DNA from: Catajapyx aquilonaris
Lineage: Eukaryota
Assembly (NCBI GenBank): GCA_000934665.2
Contig: KZ539140.1
Location: 1-32,288 of the forward strand
Length of the DNA stretch: 32,288 bases
Direction of reading: 5' to 3'
Positions within the stretch are counted from its first letter, which is position 1, and every line of letters starts with the position of its first letter. A model generated the notes under the pieces. That model saw nothing but the letters and a program-made list of their open reading frames with translations. It made no database searches and had not been told where the DNA came from. A program made the position numbers and the translations under genes. Of the stretch, positions 23,525 through 32,288 are shown one piece after another.

Positions 23525-24487
23525 ATATACATGACCACAGCCACCAGAATTGGCAGTGGGAAAACAAGCTCTATGCATGACATTACGTGAAGAGGTTAAT
23601 AGTTCCGCATCATTTTTGAGGCATGATTTTTTGAATTCAGTGAGAATAAACAGGGGGTTACTTACCCAAGGAAATGGTCTGAGGAAGTGGGGGACAGTGG
23701 GAGAATTAATGGATTAGTCACCTCCGGTGACATAAACAAAGTTGGTGGCCATCTCCCAATGCACTTGCCTCCCATTCAATTGTTGAAAAAATGTAATTGT
23801 GGATGATTTTAATCTTAAACCATTTACAAACTTTTTCCATCTATAATGTTAAAATCGTAGTGGGCATGTATGCTTATGCCTTCTGATTGGTCCACCATGT
23901 ATTGTTACCATGACTCTTCTGATTGGCTCCATCCTGAGCATGCTCAATGGGTGGAGGAACCATTCATTTGATTGCTGACTAGCAGCATGTTAACATTGCT
24001 GCTCGTTTCTCCTGTCACCTCAACCCTTCACCCTGTTCCACCCACGCCCTTCGCCTCTACCTTGATGGGACTCTGAATCGGTTGCTGGGTATCAAAAAAT
24101 GGCCATATGCACAGGGGTATTAAGGTATGGGCTTTTGAATGATACTACAACTGATTGGACTGCTTTAGAACTAAGGGCCTACCCATGATTCAAATGAGGG
24201 GAGATCAGCACATGGATAGCCAAGTCCCATGTTTTCACCCTGACTTTTTTCCATTCACTTCAATTTGCAGTATAATTACTTTTTGACACCTCACCAAAGG
24301 AAGTTGAGAGCAGGCTGGTGCCTCAAAGACCGTACTTCCTGTCTGTGAAAGCCAATGAAGCATTTCCTGTGCCCATACACCGGTGAGCCTAATTCGACAA
24401 GTCATAATAGCCTATCTCGACAGTTGTGGAAGGCTGGAAGCGAGTCTCTAAGGTTCAAGTGTGGGGGCGGGAAGGTGCGAGATGACG

Positions 24488-24501
24488 GGCGTCATGGCAA
24501 C
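24488..24501 (-). promoter_or_regulatory. RFX X-box-like site in a CpG-rich putative promoter
   Basis: Minus-strand GTTGCCATGACGCC (perfect GTTGCC half-site plus ATG core), ~85 bp upstream of the ATG at 24405, within a local CpG-rich patch (~24380-24510). Confidence 0.45.
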
Positions 24502-25800
24502 GGGGGCAACAACTGCCTTCTATTGTTGTAAAAACATTTGGTTGGCCTACTTGGCCAGCTGACTGCAGAGCCATCTTGGTCTACCAGATATTTGCTACTG
24601 TGCACCCTTAATGGAGGGTGGGAGTGGGAGGGAGGGTAGAGGGGAGTTTGCAGATATGGTTGTGGGATCCATTGCATCATCACTGGCTAGGTCTGAAGCA
24701 ATTAACAATATGGCCTCCAGCGCAGGCTGCAGGTCTAGAAAAACGCAAGCGAAGCTTTCCAGTGGTTTTTCTAGTAACAATTTAACCATATGACACTGCG
24801 TTTAAAGATGGCCACTGACTTTGTTACATCACCAGGGTGATTAATCCATCCATTCTCCCACCGCCCCACCTTTTGGCCCATTTCCTTGGGAAAATTATAC
24901 AGAGTATATAGTTTCTCATCTGTACCTAAATACGTACAAGTTACACCATTGTGGGCTTCAAGGAAAACCCTGCTATTGTGCAACACTGCCTTTCAAGTCA
25001 CCTTTAAAACTTTAAAAGCACATGCAACATCCTGCAGTCATATAAGTAACATTAAAACAACAAAGTATACAAATATTTCCAGTCATATAGCACCGGAAAA
25101 AACTGCTTTGTACCCCCACAAGCAGCACCAGTTAGTAGAAGCATTCACAAATCAACCTGACAAGCATCTTCCACAAGCACGAGTCACTCTTCCACCTGGC
25201 ACTGCTGGCAAGGGTACGAGGTAATTTTTCCCAGTACTGTAGCCTACTACATATAGGTACCACATGCATTTCTTATGCATGCTTGGTTGATATACTTGAA
25301 TTATGGAATATTTCTAGGGAGCCTGTGGTAGGTAACATTAGGCCTACAACACTGTCCTTTTGTAAAAGTAAAAGTGTTCATATTCTTTTTCATGGCTTTG
25401 CATTACCTGGATTACAACACAGGTCATGGAAGATGCTCCATCTTCTGAACCTAATGTGAATCACCTCCAGCAATTACTGGTAGTATTCATGACAAAAGGG
25501 TAGGTGTCAGTGTGCCAGTCTATGAAGTCAGGTGGCAGCAGGTGCTAAAGCAGAATGGTGTAGGATGGTGGTAGGGAAGGGTCATAAGAATAGTTTGAAA
25601 AAAAAATTCCTAAGTTTGGAAGATTGGAACCTAAATGTTTGGTTACTTCCATGTCCATATCCCTGTCACCCACCCACCCTCCTTCCTACCTTGGACTTAC
25701 TCAACGGCTTCCAAGACCTGCCTTCTGACACAGATTGACAGTGACATCTATCTCTTTGGCCTAGGTACATATTGGAGAAATTTGCAATAAACCCATAAGA

Positions 25801-26828
25801 CCGTGGTTTCCAACCGGTGGATTGCAAGCTTTAGTTCAACTGTGTTTTGTTTTTTTAATGCACAATAATGAAGAAGTTAAAAATAAAAAATTTGTGAACA
25901 CTGTGTACGAGTTTCATGCTTGAGCCACGGTTTGAGCCATAGTTCAGCGAGAGAAATCTAGAGTAGCAATGTCAGCCCTCACGCTCTCCCACTCCTCTAT
26001 CCGCAGAAGCCCCGCTATACCGAGCTCGCTGCGGAGCCAATCAAGCTGCACTTACATTTGAAGGAAAGAAGCTATCCAGGATAAGCAGATGCCATTATTA
26101 AAAATTACTTTGTGTTAGCCGACTTTTTTTGCAGATATGTTGGAAAGAAATATTTAGGTGACATTGACACACAGCAGAGGTCGAGTAGGTTTGAAATCTC
26201 CTCAGTGAGCTTTCAAGGAAAAAACTGTCTACTTCTAATATAAAAGAGAGCAGCTCATTGATTTGTACTGCGACCGTACATTGAAATATAAATTTCAAGA
26301 TGGAGAATTGACGAAGTTCTGGCTGGATGTGCAAGGGGAATACCTGAGATTAAGGGGGCCCAGCATAAAAAATAGAGTAACGCATTTCTTAGGGAACTTC
26401 TTTTTTTTGGCGCGAAATGTTAATCAGGAAAAACATGCGCAAAGATTTGGCCTTTAAAATGGTACCATACTCGAAAAATTGCATTAAAATGGTGGACACA
26501 GGGCATCAGAAATATGTACGATTATCTCGCGATTCCTTCTTCCATGTTAATCAAACTGACATTTGAGAAACACAGTTTTCCGTTCACTTCAACTCGCCGT
26601 AAAGGTAATTTCTTGGGCGAAAATGGAATACGAATTTGGTGCCCTGCGCCAAATCAAGTTTTTTTTGTGCAATTTCTGTGTCAATCGAACCATTTTTGTG
26701 GCCGTACAGAGTGTATGTTTTCTGGAAAGGGGGTAGTTGTAGGAGGGGCCGGGGAAAGGGGAGGGGGGTCACACATTTATGGAAACATGTTTAGGGAGTC
26801 GCAGTTGGTAAAAGGTTGGAAACCACTG
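25801..26828 (+). mobile_element. Non-autonomous hAT (Buster/Charlie-like) element with transposase relic
   Basis: TIRs CCGTGGTTTCCAACC / GGTTGGAAACCACTG; 8-bp TSD CCATAAGA/CCATGAGA; relic EQLIDLYCDRTLKYKFQDGELTKFWLDVQGEY (~26248-26343) resembles the start of the hAT C-terminal dimerisation domain. Confidence 0.8.
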
Positions 26829-27497
26829 CCATGAGATGAAGTGTCTTCTGTGTGACCTGTGCAGTACTGAACTAATTATAAAGTGAAATCTCGATTCAAT
26901 GAAGTAGAACCAGTTCCCCAACCAAGAGAACAGGGATTTTAATTCTTTTGAAGACAAATAAGACAAAGTTCTGTGATAATAAGCAATATGAAATTGCTTT
27001 AAAACCCCAACATTGACAATCCAGTGGGTGAATAGGCTCAGTTAGTATCAAGAGAAAGGAAGAAAATTTCATGTGGAATGTACTTTTCATTGGCTGCCAC
27101 TTTTGTTGCAAAAGGATGGAGGAGTCATAAAACTATAACTTGTGGTATCAAAAGGGTTGGTAACAGCCAAGAGGGTCCTTGGAAGATAATCCTATGGAAT
27201 AAAATGCAACCTGTTTTGCCACACTGTGCTATATAGGTACAAAGGTGGGTCTCAGCATTACTTACTCGATGTATCAATAACTGGAGTATTGACTTGTCTA
27301 GGAGTCATGGTTAACCAAGCTCTCTGAATAAAACTGAATCAACTCTCTGAAAATAACAGCATCTATCTAACTGGTGGGGGTGAGCAAAGGGACTTTAAAT
27401 ACCAAAGACTGTGAAAAACCTATAACTGAATATGTTATAACCATTTTAAGACTTTAAGTGATCAAGGACAGCAAGACATTAATGATTGGCTGCCTGC

Positions 27498-27854
27498 GGG
27501 GAGGTGTAGATGGCTGAGATGGTTACGTCTCGGCTTGCTGAGTGAAAGGCCTCAGGTTCGATCCCCGCCTGGGGAGTTCCCTTTCACCTGCGTCAGGAGG
27601 ATCTCTGACCTGCACCTTAGAGGTGTCTGGCAACCTAACCTCCTGGGGAACATCACATGACCCAAAGAAAAGACATTGCACTTGCACCCATGTTCCCTCC
27701 CCAAAAATCCCTATCCTTTCCCAATGTCCCTGTTTCCTTGCACTGGAGATTGAAGAAGAAAATATATAGAAAACTGATGGTGGTGTGCCACCCCCATATA
27801 GTTCCCATAAGGGACATCACGGGGTAAACAAAATAAAAAAATTAAAAAAAAAAA
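27498..27854 (+). mobile_element. tRNA-derived SINE, family A, copy 3
   Basis: Same family; 14-bp TSD GATTGGCTGCCTGC at 27484-27497 and 27855-27868. Confidence 0.92.
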
Positions 27855-28497
27855 GATTGGCTGCCTGCTTTATCATAGGAAAATAATGATGTTGATTCAC
27901 ACAAGGTGTGCCCATTGGTGGAAAAGAAAATTCCATTCTGGAAGTTTTCCCCTGTATCTCTTATTTCAATTATAATTTGCATACGTTTTGAACATTCAAT
28001 ATTTGAAAATGGGTAAATGGATGCATTTTACTTTTTTGGTTTTGGTTTTTGCTGGTTTCTGGGGGAATTACATGAGTGTGAACTTGTAAAACCAACATGC
28101 CAATGTTTCAGGCCCCTCAGATTTGTCTTATCGAGATTTTACTGCATAATATGTTTTTCAGAGTGCTCAAATAGCATTATTTCTTATTAGCTATTATTAG
28201 TTATTCAACAGTCATGCTTTGGTGTATATCCCTCACACAACAGTGCATAGCCTTTGCACCACATTGCCCACTAAATCTTGGCTTACTCAAGAGCCAAGGT
28301 AGTCACTGCCAAATGCTTTCTTCTAGGAATGTACTTTATATATGACAATAATTTGTCACCTGCTTACCAGGTTACAGTGGGAATGACCTGGAATTTGTTA
28401 ACTTCATCAATGCCTTCAAGTTAACAATTTAGGATTTTTCTGGAAAGCCACATGAGCATCAGTGGAAGCCCACTGCAATCATACAGAACAGGTAGAT

Positions 28498-31216
28498 TCA
28501 GTTGGGAATGAGAGGTGTTTCTTCAGCCACAGGTGTTGCAAGAACCTCTTCATATGCATCTTGAAGTTCCCGATCTAGCATGAGGCAGGCTATTTGCTCA
28601 TCATTCAGGACATCGACACTGAAAGGAGCAAGGATCAGTATCTTTTTTCTGAACTGAGCCAGAAAAATGACTCACCTGGCCAAACTCTCACTGTCAGACA
28701 AGTCCAACTCCTCCAATGGTAGTTCTAAGTTCACTCCTGTTTTAGGCAAGCGCTGCTCACCTTTTTTGATCACCCCTTCCTTCTGCAGGTTTTTGTTGCT
28801 TGCATATTTGATTGTTGGACATAGGCTTAATTCTGAAGGTGAACAGCTGTCATCCCACTGAAATTGGTGTAATTTTAATTTGCATACCACGTGTGAAGCG
28901 TAGAAAAACCTTACCAAGTTGGTTATACTGCCTTTTGGGTGTATCAAGTGTGCACTTTCACTTGTTTCTAAGGAACTGGTAGACTCTGACCTTTCAGGAG
29001 TCACTGTGTCTGTTGGCAATGAACAGTCAGACGGACATACAGTTGCCATTGAGGATTTTTCAAGCTTTCCAAAAGGAAACGGCCCATGCAGCACCGATGG
29101 AAGCCCCATATATATGTCTTCGTCACATGCGATTCCAGCAGCAACTTTCTGCTCAAAGAGAATTGTTCAAGTATATCACTCTCTGTAAGAAAAGAACAAG
29201 TTCACCTGTGGTACAGGGGGGAATGCCCTAGAATTCAACCTAGATGGCAATTGGTAGTATTCTTCCATGAGGGGATGGATGGTCAGGCTGGATGAGTGTT
29301 GCAAATGCTCTGGCAACAAAATATTCAGATCAGGATTAAGACAATTGCAATATACAAGGTAGGCGCCATAAATTTCTGGCCTGGCTATGTGCCAGGGGTG
29401 ATGGATATAAAACGAGAGTGCCATTTTTCAATATAGTCTCCTCGTACATCATTGCACTTCTGATATCTCATAATTATAATTTCAATACCCTTGGAAAAAT
29501 AGTCCAAAGTTTTGTCCACAAAATGCTCACACCCTGCTTCTTGCAACTCTTCATCACATTTTAATCGTACCTTGAAGGTCGTTTTTGAGTTTGGATAACA
29601 TGTAATAGTCACTAGGGGCCAGTAGGGTGGGTGATCAAGCTTCTCGAAGCCACAGTTCCTCACAGCAGCCTTGGCAACATTGGCCTGTAACCTGGCACAT
29701 TATCCTGCAGTAGGCAAACACCCCAACTCAGCTTCCCGCATCTCTTAATGGCATCGTGAAACCTGTGCAGGTCAGATTAGAACTCCCCGTAGATGGTGGT
29801 GTTTTTCTCCTTAAAGTCTATCAGTAATATGAGGGTCGTCCAATAAGTTCTGACTTCTGAGCCTGATGTTGAAAGACATGTTTGATGGTAAAAATTTTAT
29901 TAAGGCTTTTCGACGTAGTCACCTTGAACCAGGATGCATTTGTCCCACCGGTGCTCCAACCTCTGTATTCCGTGTAAAAAAAATCTTCCTCGACCCCACC
30001 CAACCACTCATACTTATCACCTCATTGTCACTGGAGAAGTGCGTCCCACAGTGGTTTCAGGAGAATAATGATGGAGTCAGGTCTCATCTTGTGTTACGTA
30101 ACGAGCCAAAAAGTGTCCCGGTCCCTCCGATACTCCTCCAATGGCGCCTGTGAATGTGTCACACGAATCCGCTTCTGATCAGGCGTCAAGTCGCGGGTTA
30201 CCCATCTGGCCGACAGCTTGTACATCCCCAATATGTCCGTTAGGATTGAATTCACAGTACCTCGCGAGATGGCCATCGCCGTGGCTATCTCCCTGAGGTG
30301 AGTCGGCCATCTGCCATGACCATGTCATGGATGCGGTTGACGTTCTCCGCAGTGGTTGCCGTTGCTGGGCGGCCCGAGCGGGGGTCATCTTCCACACTCT
30401 CCCGACCCATCTTGAAATCCCGTGCCTTTTGACAGTGGCATATGAAGGAGCTTCGTCAAACAGTATTTCCCTCATGAATCTTCTTAGGGGTCATCCCCTT
30501 TTTCTGGAAGTATTTGATCACCGCTCGCAGCTCGATTTTGTCAATGTCGGAGACTAATCCGCACTTTCACGCCTGCAAGTTCCAGTATCTCCTGATAGAA
30601 TGATGCAATCGGGGTGAAGTTTGGGGGTTGTTGCTCTAATGAGTGTCACTACCTTCAGGTGGAAGGACATCATTATCAGCCCACGCCATCTACCTTAGGC
30701 TCAGAACTTATTGGACGACCCTCGTATTCCTTTAGAATCTTAAAAAATCCTCCCCATGGTCTTCGTGGTCGACCAGGTCACCCGACCACTTTTCATTCGG
30801 CCTACCCGACACTTTAGTCGTTTTATTTCTATCACCCCTGGAACATTGTCAGGCCAGAAACTTATGGCTCCTACCTCGGAAGTACCAAAACATACTTCCT
30901 AGTGGGTTCTCCACTGAATTGAGCCTAGCCTGGCACACTGGAGACTCCGCACCCACTCCAGCACTCCTAACTCCTAGTTCCACTGCCTTAGCTTGTTGCC
31001 GATGCTGTCAAAAGGAAATTATATTGAATCTGCACATGTTATAGCAGTATATTTATATCTCTCACCTGATGTATTTCATCACTGATTCTTTCTAGATTAG
31101 AAAGGGCATCAGCATATGAGAACTTGGAACGTGTCACCTTTTCTTCTAGCTCTCGAATACACTTCTTCTGATCCTCCATCAGTTGGTTGAAATGTGCCTT
31201 CATCTCAAAGTAGGGC
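28498..31216 (-). CDS. SH3BP5: SH3 domain-binding protein 5 homologue (SH3BP5/parcas, Rab11 GEF family); last 6 coding exons, 5' part outside window
   Basis: Exons 31066-31216 (PYFEMKAHFNQLMEDQKKCIRELEEKVTRSKFSYADALSNLERISDEIHQ), 30896-31004 (contains LGVRSAGVGAESP), 29206-29309, 28915-29148, 28676-28857 and 28498-28618 (SDSESLAS|VDVLNDEQIACLML...PN*). All GT-AG and phase-consistent. RPYFE..K, AL.NLE.IS.EIH and GVGAE are SH3BP5-family motifs. Confidence 0.9.
29355..30878 (-). mobile_element. Mariner relic (outer) with C-terminal transposase remnant, in an SH3BP5 intron
   Basis: ~60-bp imperfect terminal IRs (CAAGGTAGGCGCCATAAATTTCTGGCCTG... / ...CAGGCCAGAAACTTATGGCTCCTACCTCG); frameshifted GKLSWGVCLLQDN, LDHPPY and RYQKCNDVRGDYIEK remnants at ~29423-29823. 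Confidence 0.85.
29830..30724 (-). mobile_element. Mariner relic (inner, nested) with N-terminal transposase remnant
   Basis: TA-flanked TIRs (T/C)GAGGGTCGTCCAATAAGTTCTGA; frameshifted EAPSYATVKR, ISRGTVNSILTDILGMYKLSARWVTRDLT (WVPHEL-like) and DET remnants at ~30040-30540. Confidence 0.88.
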
Positions 31217-32191
31217 CTGAAATCTCAAAACATCTATTAATTATCAATAGATAAAAGCTATTTTGCCTAATGCGATTTTGAGATTGGCATGTACTGATTT
31301 TTTTTTTCTAGATTCAGTTGCTGATTGATTTGACAGAAATAATAAATTTCAAGATGCATTTTGATATCCATCATAAACTAGCCCTGGGATCAAATGCACA
31401 ATGGAGTGGAACTTTATGTGCACAGGGAAGGTGCATGCTGGCTGAGTTTCTCCTCCTGGCAAAGGCAATAATAGTGAAGTCGCTATCAGCAAGTGCGCTC
31501 ACCAAGAGAAGGACTTTCAGCACTTGCGCACTCACATATGTACTATATACGACAGATAGTTTCATACCCCCCGCAAACGAGCTTTATCCTGGCTATCCTA
31601 AGCAACCCACCCGGCATGATAACAGAAGCGAGTCAGCGGCAACAGGGCTTGGGGGGTTGGGCTGGCTACGGAACCAGGTGGGGGGGGGGGGGNNNNNNNN
31701 NNNNNNNNNNNNNNNNNNNNNNNNNNNNNNNNNNNNNNNNNNNNNNNNNNNNNNNNNNNNNNNNNNNCCCATGCCGGAGGATAAATAACCATCGTGTCCA
31801 TTCACTAAATGCGCGCATACGAGCTTGATGGCTGCATTCTGCATATAATCAGATATCATTGAACTTAGGAAGCATTCTGTTTGCTTTTGTGTGCAGATTG
31901 TGTGCTGCTGCAATTAACTAATTGATACATTTAAAAGGAGCGTGGGAAGGGGGAGGGGGGAGTCATTTGAATGATAAGAACCCATCAAACAAGAGTGAAT
32001 GCCAGCAAAGGCTGGATGCCTCAGGGGTTCGAATCCCGTCTGGAGCCACAGCTGGATTATTTTCAATTGTTTTCTTCTGTTAACATTTTTTTCACCGGCA
32101 TTGTCCTCAAATGATAATTTTACAGATCCCCTGTCTAAAACTATATATTAGCCAGAAATATCCCCCGGACGTAATTATTCGTCCCTTGACC

Positions 32192-32288
32192 CAGTGGCGT
32201 AGGCAGGGGGGGGGCCCGGGGGGGCCGGGCCCCCCCCGAAATGTTGAGAAAAATCAAGGGGCCCCCGAATTTTCCGACGAGTTTTAGA
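32192..32288 (+). mobile_element. Left end of a hAT-type MITE, running off the window
   Basis: CAGTGGCGTAGGCAG followed by GGGCCC-rich subterminal repeats; complementary to the end type seen at 22495-22509. Confidence 0.65.

Larger units (their letters stand above)
15702..24405 (-). pseudogene. Unrecognised multi-exon gene or pseudogene with in-frame TGA
   Basis: Core exons 24295-24405 (ATG...|GTGAGG), 22799-22890 (|GTAAGT, in-frame TGA 22819-22821), 22640-22731 (weak donor), 21958-22009 (|GTGAGC), 17155-17334 (|GTAACA), 15894-16075 (|GTATGT) and 15702-15826 (TAA) join in phase into 277 codons. Further exon-like segments: 21765-21840, ~21675-21710, 18829-18906 (second TGA), 18666-18757 and 15251-15454. 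No family recognised; coding status unresolved. Confidence 0.5.

Noticed and set aside
31371..31565. Possible alternative SH3BP5 exon with acceptor TTTGCCAG near 31456
   Set aside because: No convincing phase-compatible donor found.
32015..32070. Isolated B-box GGTTCGAATCCC
   Set aside because: No clear A-box, tail or TSD; at most a SINE fragment.
1..32288. CRISPR arrays, operons or other prokaryotic systems
   Set aside because: The sequence is intron-containing eukaryotic DNA and has no regularly spaced direct-repeat array.

Overview
Eukaryotic (arthropod-like) genomic DNA with short modal introns (~55-70 nt), CpG depletion, a dense transposable-element load and two N-gaps. Three spliced genes are recognisable. 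(1) A cytoplasmic myosin essential light chain (Mlc-c/MYL6-like, minus strand, 3' end off the left edge). (2) A complete CDK4/6-family kinase (plus strand, 6 coding exons, 346 aa), divergent from Mlc-c. (3) The 3' six exons of an SH3BP5/parcas homologue (minus strand, 5' end off the right edge). Between CDK4/6 and SH3BP5 I can assemble a fourth minus-strand multi-exon locus (~15.2-24.4 kb) whose product I do not recognise. It has an RFX X-box-like promoter, mostly phase-compatible exons and in-frame TGA codons, so it is a decaying pseudogene or a recoded gene. Repeats include 11 tRNA-derived SINE copies of five head/body types, ten of which share one covarying 3' stem-loop. There are also Tc1/mariner, PIF/Harbinger, piggyBac and hAT non-autonomous elements, Helitron 3' ends, and a nested pair of mariner relics that expanded a ~60-nt intron to 1.6 kb. 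All calls were made by eye; no database searches were run.
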